In this document: one piece after another, positions 22,976 to 33,200 of the stretch
Layout of the letters: each line of letters starts with the position of its first letter
How positions within the stretch are numbered: position 1 is the stretch's first letter
Assembly (NCBI GenBank): GCA_000091205.1
Contig: AP006491.2
Direction: 5' to 3' (one strand)
From: Cyanidioschyzon merolae
Taxonomy: Eukaryota
Length of the DNA: 64,000 nucleotides
Made by a program: the position numbers and the translations under genes
Notes under the pieces: model-generated
The model's input: only the letters and a program-made list of their open reading frames with translations
The model's database searches: none
Told to the model about the DNA's origin: nothing

Positions 22976-23462
22976 GTGAATGTGTGTTTGCGTGCGCATG
23001 GCATGCATGCATCCGATTTTCCCCATCTTTACATATTTGTATCAATATGTTTCGGAGCATGTGCATGGACCGGCCTGCACCCTTCGCGTCCTCTACTCGC
23101 GTATACACGTAACCTTCTCACCGGTTATCCGTGAAGCCGTTTGTTCACGTCGACAGGAATCCTTCAGTCTGCGTATAAACGTATCGATATTTCAGTAGAT
23201 CTGTGTATCCATGCACGTGTGCAATCGGGCGGGAAAAGCTTCAGGGGCACCACGATACCGAGCTCTTGCGTTACGATGGTACAAAAAGAGTCCTGGTCTG
23301 ATGCTTGCGCCGCACGTTTGAAGACGTACGGTATTCAAGCGATTCCTACAAAATACAGGCGAACGAACGAACGAACGAACGACCTAATTTTACTGGGAAC
23401 AGCTCCGGGTTCCATATCAAGGCATGCGTTATGTGCGCACTAGACAAGCGTATCGGGCGGTC

Positions 23463-24758
23463 TCACCAGACTCCGGGGAGGAGCACGTAGGGAACAGCTT
23501 CGCAGTAGGCGCGCCACGCGGCGCCATACTTTTGTCGACAGCGAGCTTCATCACGCTGACTTCGGTGAATCAAAAGCAGCAGTAAATAGAAAAAATATAT
23601 AAACGCAACAAAACGGTACGCTCCGCCAAGCGTCGGCATGCTGAACGCCAGTGCAAGCAGCAAATCTCCGAGGTAGTTCGAGTGACGGGCTACACTCCAC
23701 CAACCAGAGGCTAAAAGTCGACCGCCACCAAAGGTGCGATTCACGGCTTTGGTTGCGGTTCCATGCGTCACACCCGTCTGGGACGTCTCGCGCTCGAGGC
23801 GGTGCCAACGAGGTATGCCGCGCGACCAGCTGACGAACCAGCTGCTAACTGGTCGCTGAGAGTCCCTCTTGAAAGCATCTTTCTGCGAGTTTGCAGAGCG
23901 GAAAATCCATCCACCAAGCACTACGGTAATCAGCGTGCCCAGCAAAAGCCCTACCGACATACGCCGTTGATCGTGCACCAGACACCACGCTGGAGTACTG
24001 AAAACGAACGGGATGAACACCAGGTCGCCCCAGATCAACATCAGACCAAAATGTTCCGCAACAATATCCCAAGTCGTGGTCATCTTGCTCTCGTGCCAAA
24101 AGTAGTCCAGGATGTAACCATTCATGATCAGCTGCGTCAGCAGCATGCGCGTTGTTACACGGCCTAGAGCGTGCCACTGCTTGGCAGCAATGGAGAGGTT
24201 GAGCAACATCCAACCGATCATCGATGGCCGTAGCCAGAAAAACTTGAGCTCAAACCGACCCAAGTGCGGGTTCAGTTCGGCACCGAGAATAAAGTCTCGC
24301 AGCCAAGACCGCTGACTGGGTCCGGTGCTCGCGGAGGCCCGCGATCGCCAACGCTGGCGAAGCAGCAACAACGTGGCAAGACTCCATGCCAGCAGGTTTG
24401 CTGCCGCCAGAAACGCACCCACGTTATCCGCAAGATAGGACCAGGTCCAAGCGCCCAGCCCAGAGCCCAGAGCAGCCCATATCGCCACCGTAGACCCCAG
24501 CACAGCGAGACCGTTGCACTTGTAGTGAATGCGCTTAGAGCCATCCGCGGGAATCGTTCCCGGGTAGACCCAACCGGGAAGCGCTTCGCTCAAAAGGGCA
24601 AGAACACCAATGTAAACGAGCAGCTGGAGCGTTGCCAGGGAAACGTTTCGAAAAGTAAGCGAGCAGCCCAGCTCCCGGGCCGCTACAACAAACCAGCGCC
24701 AGTCGCAGGCGAGGGCCAAACCCACGACAGCAACCAAGAGGGCGTAGGTCAGTGCCAT
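23463..24758 (-). CDS. DHCR7: 7-dehydrocholesterol reductase-like sterol reductase (ERG4/ERG24 family)
   Basis: Sterol-reductase C-terminal signature 'LLASGWWSVARHSNYLGDLLLALAFS'. 'LLNLSIAAKQ' and 'RPSMIGWM' resemble DHCR7. Multi-TM, 431 aa. The track start at 24761 is TTG; ATG at 24758. Confidence 0.85.
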   Translation of the reverse strand: MALTYALLVAVVGLALACDWRWFVVAARELGCSLTFRNVSLATLQLLVYIGVLALLSEALPGWVYPGTIPADGSKRIHYKCNGLAVLGSTVAIWAALGSGLGAWTWSYLADNVGAFLAAANLLAWSLATLLLLRQRWRSRASASTGPSQRSWLRDFILGAELNPHLGRFELKFFWLRPSMIGWMLLNLSIAAKQWHALGRVTTRMLLTQLIMNGYILDYFWHESKMTTTWDIVAEHFGLMLIWGDLVFIPFVFSTPAWCLVHDQRRMSVGLLLGTLITVVLGGWIFRSANSQKDAFKRDSQRPVSSWFVSWSRGIPRWHRLERETSQTGVTHGTATKAVNRTFGGGRLLASGWWSVARHSNYLGDLLLALAFSMPTLGGAYRFVAFIYFFYLLLLLIHRSQRDEARCRQKYGAAWRAYCEAVPYVLLPGVW

Positions 24759-25610
24759 CAACGCTCTGATGTTCGTGACTTGAGCTCAGGGGGCAGACGC
24801 TGCACCCGACTTGCTGGTACTCGCGTCACCCTGCCCAGTGAAGTACGCACCGCACAAGAGGGGCGCTGCGGACGACTCCAACGTCCACAGGATACCGCAC
24901 AGGGGTACCGCTCGGTAAGAGCGAAACGTCCAAGTACAAGAGTGCCTCTACAACTGGAACACGACAAGCAACCTCAACGTTCACGTACGACTGCCGCACG
25001 GAACGTTCCAAGGACGTCTCGGTGAAGCCAATGACTTGGAGTCGAGGTCGTGCGGCGGACGCCAGCGTCGACAGAACGCTGCCGAGCGCACCAGCAACGC
25101 CCGAGGAGACCGACTCAGAAGCGACGCAACTTTAGAAGCAAGCTGTAGACGTCCGGAACTAGTCTGGCTCAGTGCTTAACGAACGGAAGTCTCGTGCGCG
25201 TCCAGAAACATCTGGTTAGACGGACGAACTCTAGACTCTAAAAAGACCGGGAGAAAGCTTGAGAAGAACCCCAGTCTGAAGGACACCTTCTCGCTTTGAG
25301 ACGACGCTGGTGGTGGTGCAGTACCTGAGCCAAGGGCTCTTCGAGCAGGTAACGCGGACACCAGAGACCAGAGGCTGTGCGCTTGAACGTTTAGGTAAGG
25401 GCGCTGCCTCTGATCCCGAGTCTGAGTCCGGGATCACCGAGCAGCAAGCCTGTACTGGACTTGGCGCCCGGGACGTGCCACTGCACAAGCACCGTCCAGC
25501 GCTTCAAACAACAGCACGGTGCCCAGGCTACAGAATTGCATTGTGTATTTGGTTTCGAAACGGCCGGGTAGCAACGCACCCGGCGCTTGGCTGATGACTG
25601 GTTGCGGGGA

Positions 25611-25614
25611 ACAG

Positions 25615-25657
<43 letters not shown>
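25611..25657. repeat. (CTA)n-(CTG)n trinucleotide microsatellite
   Basis: ctactactactactgctgctgctgctgctgctgctgctgctag, intergenic. Confidence 0.9.
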
Positions 25658-25917
25658 AGAATCGCAAACTTTTCTCTGCAGTCCAGTTGTTTAACAACCA
25701 AGCGCCACTAGACTAGCGCTCGTGCAAAACGCCGCGCTGTACTCCGAACTGCTTCAGTGCAGTCCCGGTACCGCAGCCGGTGCACCTACGCCATATCTTG
25801 AACGACGACTCGGTGCATGCCCGGGGGAAACACGACGCGGCCACGGGACTCGACTCTGGTGACGCGACACAACAGACAGGGCACCGCTTCGCGAGCACAA
25901 CGCACCGGCATACCGCA

Positions 25918-28728
25918 ATGTCGTCACTTGAGCCGGGAAAATACCCGAGCGGACCCCGTCTTGTGCGACCTCGGATCGAACTCTTCCGGGAGGGATGCCC
26001 CTGCGGCAGCATTGCCGCCGGCCAAGTCCAGCTCTATCCGCAAGGCCTGCCTGCCGAGGCGCTCAAAACGCTGGAGACCCAAACACGAGACGTTGCCAAC
26101 GTCGACCAGCTCGACTGGGAGGCGCTGCACGCTGACTGGTTCGCAGCACAACGCTCGCATGGTCTACGTCAGAAAGCGACCAATCATCGCCTCCCAATAC
26201 CAAAGCACCCTCTGAACTTACAGTTCAGCGCCGATGAAGTGCTCGTTGGACCCGCTCTGGAACCAGTCGCATCGACACCTGAAACCAAGAGCACACGCGA
26301 ATCCACATCTTCATCTACCGTGGAACAGGACAAACTCGACCTCTCCCGTCAACAAGTGATTCTCCGAGGCCATGCGGTACTCCAGGTCGGTGATGCCGCC
26401 ATCCGGGCCCCCGGCATGCTCCTGGATATGCCACGCGGCATCGTGCAGGCCGCGGGACCCGTCATCTGTCGATGGGGGGCGTATCAGAATCCGCCACTGG
26501 CGGCTCCGTCAACCTCTTCTGTGGCGGATGCTCCTTCAACGTCACAGGCAGAGGACTGGTCGCCTCACGGCGGTGTTCTGGTGGGCGGGCGCTGCACCTA
26601 CGACCTGGAGCAGCGCCGACTGACCTGTGATCGGGTCGCGGGTGCACTGCGGATCCACAGGGCGGTACCTGACCAGGAAGAGCATTTACTGCCAGCTCTG
26701 GAGACGTTTGATGAGGTCACCGCGCTTGGCCTACCCTGGGGCCGAAGCTTCTTCCGTCGTCTGAAGGACAGTGAACCGCAGGGTGCTCGCGGCTGGCAAA
26801 CGCGCTCTCGAGCTTCGAACAGCGCCTACCGACAAACGGCACAGACGAATATCGTTCAACCGGAGGCTGCTGCTGCTGCTGCTGCTGGAAGCCGCCCTCA
26901 TGACAGGGATATGCAAACTCTCGCAACAATGAGTACCTACGACCCCGAGGCCGCTTACTTGCGGCTTCGTGCGGAACGAGTGCAACTTCGTATGGGACCC
27001 GCACGCCTTCGCGAATGGGTCGCCGACCAACCCCGGCTCGCGGAGGCTATTCACTTCAGCGAACGTGCCCTCTACGATGCGCGACTCGAGTGGGATCCCA
27101 GTAGTGGACCGAAACACCCCGGTGCACAGCTCGAGGCGAGTCGGTTGTGCTGGCACGACCGGCCACACCAGGAGCCGGAAATGCGTATCCAGCGTGCGCT
27201 GCTGAAGGTCAACAAACGTTTGGCGCTGCCCGTGTTGCAGCGTCAACTGAGCCTCGGCCAAGGAGGTCTCTCTCCTGCCGCTCTCGACCAGTTGTTGGAT
27301 CTGGGTCGCAGTATGACGCGATTTGCGTACGATGTGGAGCAGCACGGCGGTTTCTACCTCTCTTGGCCGCTCTGGACGGATTCACTCCAGGCACCAGCTG
27401 GTACTCGTGTACACGGGCAAGTCGATCTTCTGACGCGCTTGGCGGCTTCGATACCTTTTCTGCGTCGTTGGGTTCTGCACGCATCGCTCGCGTTGCGTAA
27501 CCAGAGAACCAGTTTTGGTCGCATTCGTGCACATGTGCAGTTCTGGCTCGAGCAGCCGTCAACGTCGGCTCGGAGTAGCGGACGCATCGCTGTCGTAGCG
27601 GGCAGTGGCGAGGCGTCAGACGACGACCGTTTGGTGCCTGCTGGTGCTACGGCAGGTGCCGCGCATCCGACGGAGGCCAGCTCGCGGTTAACTGCGGAAA
27701 ACCCCCGCCAGCGTCAGCAGATGCGGCAGGCGCTCGTAGCGGACGCTGCACTTGCAGCAGCGCGTAGCAGCACATCGAGCCGCAACTCGACGGAGTTGAA
27801 CGTGAGCGCTGCGAGACGCCCCGCTCTTCGCGATGGATTGCGTAGCTCGGGGCGTGTCGAGCTGCTTTTCGGTGGATCGCGATCCTTCCAGCTATCGTAT
27901 CATTCGGATGAGGTTGCGTTTCAGCCGTTTCTGCCCCTGGAGGTGCACGCTACCGCAGACGAGGTCACATGGCCGCTTCCACGCAGCTGTCCGTGGACCC
28001 GACTCGGCCGTCACTGGCTCGCGCGAGGTACGCTCTGGCAACGGCGACGTGTTTCGGCACCGGAGCCACGAGCCCGCGTCCTCGAGGGTGTGCATATCGG
28101 GTACGAACGGGTGGATGCGGCGGTGCTGCCGTCGAGTGCACTGCTATCGACTGTGCCCGCTCGTAGCGTTGTCCGAACGGACGAGCGGGTCCAGCGGATG
28201 GTGATTCAGTACGGAGTGCAGGTAGAGAGCCTGCTCTATGCAGGTCGACGCACGCGTGCCCAGCGCACTCGACCGTACCTGGCGAGTTTTGCGGCGTTGG
28301 ATGCTCGACTCGAACGTACGCGATGCTCGTTTGACCAAGAGCCGTGGACGCTACGCGGTGCGCTGGTAGGCGGTCTACGCGCCCAGTTCGGATGTTTCCA
28401 GCGTCGCTTTTTGGACGCCACCGGATTCCTCATACGCGTGCGACAATCGTTTGGAGTGCCGAGTCCACTGCTTTACCAGTACGAGGCGTTTCCGACGAGT
28501 CTGCACCTGGGTTGCGGTCAACAGGTCTGGGGACCCTTGCGCGTAGCCGCTGAACGGGTCTGGCTCTACTGCAGCGGGTACTCGTCGCCGTTGTGCGCTG
28601 CAAAGGACTCGTTTGTGCCGCTAGAGACCAATTACGTTGTTGAATGGCAACAACCAACGTTTAAGATTGGCATGATTTGGAGTGCTGAACGCCACCAGGG
28701 CCAAGTGCGCGCCTCCATGACCTGGTAA
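25918..28728 (+). CDS. large hypothetical protein (936 aa), no recognised domain
   Basis: Track ORF begins at a GTG (25780); first ATG at 25918. Uninterrupted 2.8-kb ORF with protein-like composition, flanked by clear genes on both sides and non-overlapping. Includes in-frame (GCT)n polyAla. Confidence 0.5.
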   Translation: MSSLEPGKYPSGPRLVRPRIELFREGCPCGSIAAGQVQLYPQGLPAEALKTLETQTRDVANVDQLDWEALHADWFAAQRSHGLRQKATNHRLPIPKHPLNLQFSADEVLVGPALEPVASTPETKSTRESTSSSTVEQDKLDLSRQQVILRGHAVLQVGDAAIRAPGMLLDMPRGIVQAAGPVICRWGAYQNPPLAAPSTSSVADAPSTSQAEDWSPHGGVLVGGRCTYDLEQRRLTCDRVAGALRIHRAVPDQEEHLLPALETFDEVTALGLPWGRSFFRRLKDSEPQGARGWQTRSRASNSAYRQTAQTNIVQPEAAAAAAAGSRPHDRDMQTLATMSTYDPEAAYLRLRAERVQLRMGPARLREWVADQPRLAEAIHFSERALYDARLEWDPSSGPKHPGAQLEASRLCWHDRPHQEPEMRIQRALLKVNKRLALPVLQRQLSLGQGGLSPAALDQLLDLGRSMTRFAYDVEQHGGFYLSWPLWTDSLQAPAGTRVHGQVDLLTRLAASIPFLRRWVLHASLALRNQRTSFGRIRAHVQFWLEQPSTSARSSGRIAVVAGSGEASDDDRLVPAGATAGAAHPTEASSRLTAENPRQRQQMRQALVADAALAAARSSTSSRNSTELNVSAARRPALRDGLRSSGRVELLFGGSRSFQLSYHSDEVAFQPFLPLEVHATADEVTWPLPRSCPWTRLGRHWLARGTLWQRRRVSAPEPRARVLEGVHIGYERVDAAVLPSSALLSTVPARSVVRTDERVQRMVIQYGVQVESLLYAGRRTRAQRTRPYLASFAALDARLERTRCSFDQEPWTLRGALVGGLRAQFGCFQRRFLDATGFLIRVRQSFGVPSPLLYQYEAFPTSLHLGCGQQVWGPLRVAAERVWLYCSGYSSPLCAAKDSFVPLETNYVVEWQQPTFKIGMIWSAERHQGQVRASMTW

Positions 28729-29511
28729 TGCGCCCCGGTAAAGCGTAGGGCATTCTGTTTCTATTTCGTATCCGAAAGCAGCGTTGCTCAGTGAGCGCGC
28801 CGGAGCGCAGCATGCGCCGACGTTTTCTGCGTCCTGAAGAGTGGCGATGGTATGGCGAGCGCAGTGCGGAGTGAGGATGCGCAGGCGTTGAAGCACGTGC
28901 GACGCTTTGGAGACGCTGGTGAGGCAAACGCACTTTGCCTGCAACGGCGTGATGCGTTCTTGGTGCATTGCTTGATCGCCAGCGCACCCAGTGCACCAGT
29001 GGCATGCGCGCTTGAACATTGTTTCAGGCGTGAAAACGCAGCAGGTAGCGGTCTGGGCTCGCAGGTCTCTAGTCCCCGGCAGCAAAGCGACGCAGCGATC
29101 TTCTGAGCGCTAGATCAAGTTCGTAGGGCGCTCGCGAAAGCTGTGGCGTACGTTCGTGGAGTAGTGACGTGCACGGAAACGTTTCGGAGCGAGACGAGGC
29201 GCTTCGGGTGCCGTCGCTGCGGATGCCGCTGCCACAACGGCACCAGCGTCTACCCTGTGGGTGAAACCCCCGGTGGTATCGCTGTTCGTACGCTCCAACG
29301 GATTCAAGGCCGTGCACTGGACAGGCGCGACAACGGACATGGTGTATTACCGCCCCGACGAGGTCCATGCCCATGCTATTCGTTCTAGGGCATGCAAGTG
29401 GGGTCCGGATCCGGAGGATCTCCAGCCGCCAGCTCATCGCGAATTACACCTCGGATCTGCAGCATCAGTGACCGAGCGCTGGCGACACGAGGTGTCTATC
29501 TCGAGCCGACT

Positions 29512-30519
29512 CTAAGCGGCAAGCACGTACTTACCCAGAAGTATTCCCAGTAAAATCGCCATCACAAGTTGCACCCACGGTAGGATGAGTAGCGTTGGAT
29601 GTGGTGAGGCACCCAACGCGCCCGTGCTCGAACTCTTGAGCAAGCGGCTGGCGCTCTCGAGTCGCGACTTGAGCAGGGCCACCTCTGCCTGACTCCGCGC
29701 CAGCTCGCGCCGCAGTCGAGCCGTCTCCGACTCTTCTCGTGTCTCCGTCTCTGTCATGTGATCCGGGGTGATTGCTGCTGCTGCTGCTGCTGCTGCTTTC
29801 GACTGCTCCGTTGCAGCATCGTCCCAGTGCACAGAGGGCGCCGCCGCTGAACCACCACCCGCCCCGACACCTGCCATCCGTACCGCGTCACCGTCGAGGC
29901 GCTCGCTTGCTTGCGCGCTCGCCGATGCCGGCGGTGTGCCTGCATCCATACCAGAGGCCGCTGACTTGCCTCCACTGTCCACGGACTGCGACATTCGCGC
30001 TCGGTAGCTCTGGAGCATATTCTCCAAAGTATCCTGATTAAACAGGAACTCACAGCGAAACTTTTGTTCGAAAACCTCCTCACGATCAACGGTATCGAAC
30101 AGACCCGCGTCGAAGGACCGGTTTTCCAGTAACAAGCCTTGGATTAAAAACTTATCCTCGAGTTCCTTGCTGAGCTCCTGTTTCAGACCGTCATAGGTGA
30201 GCACGTCGGCAGCGGGTGTGGCGCTGGTGGCGTCGCCACCGCTCGAGCGGCTCTCCGCCTGCCGTACCAACGCGGCGCACGCGTCCGCAACCACTCGCTT
30301 TAGCGGTTGTAGCTGCACCTGAAGGTCAAGCGTCTCTCCGGGTGCTAGTTTTGCCGCGTTTGGCTTGACACAGTAGCGCTTCGGACGCGTTGTTTTGACC
30401 TTGAACCCCACGTGATCGTTCGCCTCGTTGCGAAGCTTCAGCGTGAGCAGTGTCGGTTTCTCCAGTGAGTCTATATGGAACGTAAACCGCGTCTCAGACA
30501 CGTTCAAAATACGATCCAT
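29512..30519 (-). CDS. VAMP-associated protein (VAP/Scs2 family): MSP domain + coiled coil + C-terminal TM anchor
   Basis: ATG at 30517-30519. MSP signature 'GFKVKTTRPKRYCVKPNAAKLAPGETLDLQVQLQP' (VAP consensus FKVKTTAPRRYCVRPNSG). Coiled-coil 'RLRRELARSQAEVALLKSRLE'. C-terminal TM 'LILPWVQLVMAILLGILLGKYVLAA'. Confidence 0.8.
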   Translation of the reverse strand: MDRILNVSETRFTFHIDSLEKPTLLTLKLRNEANDHVGFKVKTTRPKRYCVKPNAAKLAPGETLDLQVQLQPLKRVVADACAALVRQAESRSSGGDATSATPAADVLTYDGLKQELSKELEDKFLIQGLLLENRSFDAGLFDTVDREEVFEQKFRCEFLFNQDTLENMLQSYRARMSQSVDSGGKSAASGMDAGTPPASASAQASERLDGDAVRMAGVGAGGGSAAAPSVHWDDAATEQSKAAAAAAAAITPDHMTETETREESETARLRRELARSQAEVALLKSRLESASRLLKSSSTGALGASPHPTLLILPWVQLVMAILLGILLGKYVLAA

Positions 30520-30625
30520 GGTGTAGTCAACACGTTTTCTCAGCAGCGTTGATCAGTGCTCAGAAACGAAGGTGTTCGAGTCCCTGCGCTCGCTCGGTAA
30601 TCGCTAACCGTTAAAGGGGTTGGGT

Positions 30626-30667
30626 AGCGGAGGCAATCCATCGATCGATCGAGCGATCGATCGATGG
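30626..30667. repeat. perfect 42-bp palindrome (hairpin-capable inverted repeat)
   Basis: 'gcaatccatcgatcgatcga|gc|gatcgatcgatggattgc': 20-nt arms are exact reverse complements. Lies upstream of VAP and adjacent to the 150-bp satellite. Confidence 0.9.
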
Positions 30668-30809
30668 ATTGCAGCAGCGCCCTGGGGGTGGCGCGGCGGC
30701 AGCGCGCACTGCATCGCGCGATGCATCGATGCTGATTCGGGGCGAGGGGGTGGCGGCGGCGGCGGCGGCACAGCGGAGCATCGCGCGCGATTTTTCGTAC
30801 GATAGTGGG

Positions 30810-32170
30810 TCTCGGATGGATGTTTTTCAGGAGAAAACGTTTCCTTAGGCCAGCGTTCTCCGATTATGCGCATTTTTCTTTTCTTTTTGGGTTTGTTTTC
30901 AGTGCGCGGTGAGGTATCCACCGAATGCTCTACCTCCAAGTTACATTACCTAAGAAGGTCTCGGATGGATGTTTTTCATGGAGAAAACGTTTCCTTAGGC
31001 CAGCGTTCTCCGATTATGCGCATTTTTCTTTTCTTTTTGGGTTTGTTTTCAGTGCGCGGTGAGGTATCCACCGAATGCTCTACCTCCAAGTTACATTACC
31101 TAAGAAGGTCTCGGATGGATGTTTTTCATGGAGAAAACGTTTCCTTAGGCCAGCGTTCTCCGATTATGCGCATTTTTCTTTTCTTTTTGGGTTTGTTTTC
31201 AGTGCGCGGTGAGGTATCCACCAAACGCTCTACCTCCAAGTTACATTACCTAAGAAGGTCTCGGATGGATGTTTTTCATGGAGAAAACGTTTCCTTAGGC
31301 CAGCGTTCTCCGATTATGCGCATTTTTCTTTTCTTTTTGGGTTTGTTTTCAGTGCGCGGTGAGGTATCCACCAAATGCTCTACCTCCAAGTTACATTACC
31401 TAAGAAGGTCTCGGATGGATGTTTTTCATGGATAAAACGTATCCTTATGCCAGCATGCTCCGATTATGCGCATTTTTCTTTTCTTTTTGGGTTTGTTTTC
31501 AGTGCGCGGTGAGGTATCCACCGAATGCTCTACCTCCAAGTAACATTATCTAAGAAGGTCTCGGATGGATGTTTTTCATGGAGAAAACGTTTCCTTAGGC
31601 CAGCGTTCTCCGATTATGCGCATTTTTCTCTTCTTTTTGGGTTTGTTTTCAGTGCGCGGTGAGGTATCCACCAAATGCTCTACCTCCAAGTTACATTACC
31701 TAAGAAGGTCTCGGATGGATGTTTTTCATGGAGAAAACGTTTCCTAAGGCCAGCGTTCTCCGATTATGCGCATTTTTCTTTTCTTTTTGGGTTTGTTTTC
31801 AGTGCGCGGTGAGGTATCCACCGAATGCTCTACCTCCAAGTAACATTATCTAAGAAGGTCTCGGATGGATGTTTTTCATGGAGAAAACGTTTCCTTAGGC
31901 CAGCGTTCTCCGATTATGCGCATTTTTCTCTTCTTTTTGGGTTTGTTTTCAGTGCGCGGTGAGGTATCCACCAAATGCTCTACCTCCAAGTTACATTACC
32001 TAAGAAGGTCTCGGATGGATGTTTTTCATGGAGAAAACGTTTCCTAAGGCCAGCGTTCTCCGATTATGCGCATTTTTCTTTTCTTTTTGGGTTTGTTTTC
32101 AGTGCGCGGTGAGGTATCCACCGAATGCTCTACCTCCAAGTAACATTATCTAAGAAGGTCTCGGATGGAT
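30810..32170. repeat. satellite DNA, 150-bp monomer x ~9, with 300-bp (dimeric) higher-order structure in the distal half
   Basis: 'tcggatggatgtttttcatggagaaaacgtttccttaggccagcgttctccgattatgcgcatttttcttttctttttgggtttgttttcagtgcgcggtgaggtatccacc(g/a)aatgctctacctccaagttacattacctaagaaggtc' recurs at 30812, 30961, 31111 and so on. Alternating variants (ccgaatgc/ccaaatgc; taagaagg/tcTaagaagg) give the 300-bp period seen in track ORFs at 31565 and 31865. Confidence 0.95.
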
Positions 32171-32499
32171 GATGGATTCTGCATTGCGCGATGGATACCG
32201 GTAAACAAGTTCCATGACCTATGCTTCCACACGGATGTCCTGATCGTATTACATGGAACGGGTCCAGGTTCGTGACTCGGACGTACTCGCGGAGGTGTGG
32301 CTCTGTTTCGACGTTCATCGGCACGAGTCTCTCTGTGGGATTTTTATGTGTGAATGCCTCCTCTTCGGTTCGATCATCTGCAGCCTGAAGTATTCCGGTC
32401 GATCCATTTCGTCTGGTGCTATTATCAGACGCCAAATGATCGTGATGGCAGCGTTCAAGTCCCGTTGTCTCTGTTCTTTGTTGTTGTGCACGCATTACC

Positions 32500-33200
32500 T
32501 GGACGGGCGGTGGTCGCGATCTGCGCTTTCCGTGCCATGTTCATCTTCTTTGTCTGAAACTTCGGTGTGCCTTTCGACGCGGTGATGCTTTGCAATACCA
32601 GGGTTTTCCCGTAAACGCACCAAAACATTCTTCTTCGAGGAATGAAATATGGAGCGTGAACGCTTCTTTTAGCGATCGGTGCACGCTCTTGACGAGTGCA
32701 CACGGCTAACCTGAGTAGGTCCCTCGGGTTCCGCGCCCGGTGCTGTGCCCCGAGATCCAGGAACTCCTCAGGGGAATGCCCTCGGCGAGTACGCTACCTG
32801 CTGCATACGCAAGCGAACGCTGTTTGATTCAATAAGGTATTTGTAAAATGCAAGTTTGTCAACGATGAAACATGCAGCAGATGGAAACTCCATACTGGAG
32901 AACAAGCCGAGAAATAAACCTCGATAAGTGTATGCTCCACTCGTGCGAAGCAGAGACGCATGCTCCATCAGAGGCGATCGCTGGGATGACGAAGATCCGA
33001 CTCCAAAACCTCGCTCGATGTAAACGTAAGAGAGGGAATGCCCTGGCAGATGTCATGCTGCTGTTGAATTCCGGGTCCTCGATGGCCACAACGAGTGGAC
33101 GATTTGTCTTTCAAAGATAATTCACTTTGTGACGGAACAAGTTCAGTGAGCTTTTGGTAAGAACTTGTGAACAAGTCGTGAAGGCATGACTTCAAGTTGC
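32500..33200. repeat. dispersed repeat element, copy A (paralogous to 60880..61600), same orientation
   Basis: 32527-32590 matches 60905-60965 ('ccatgttcatcttctttgt..ttcggtgtgcctttc'). 33121-33180 matches 61541-61590 ('gagcttttggta.gaacttgtgaacaagtcgt'). Spacing is similar (~600 bp). Minus-strand ORFs in both copies share 'DLFTSSYQK(L/S)TEL'. Confidence 0.7.

Noticed and set aside
25918-28728. Tentative TamB/Tic236-like or bridge-like lipid-transfer resemblance of the 936-aa ORF
   Set aside because: The impression rests on vague C-terminal beta-rich composition only, with no motif I can state. It needs a profile search before it can be claimed.
30880-30960. Weak tRNA-Cys-like similarity ('GGTAGAGCATTCGG...') on the reverse complement of the 150-bp monomer, suggesting a tRNA-derived SINE origin
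   Set aside because: Only a D-arm-like fragment matches. The anticodon loop does not conform (no U33) and there is no T-arm.
30866-32047. 189-aa and 60-aa ORFs with internal peptide repeats (MRIFLFFLGLFSVRGEVST...)
   Set aside because: Frame artefacts of the 150-bp/300-bp satellite.
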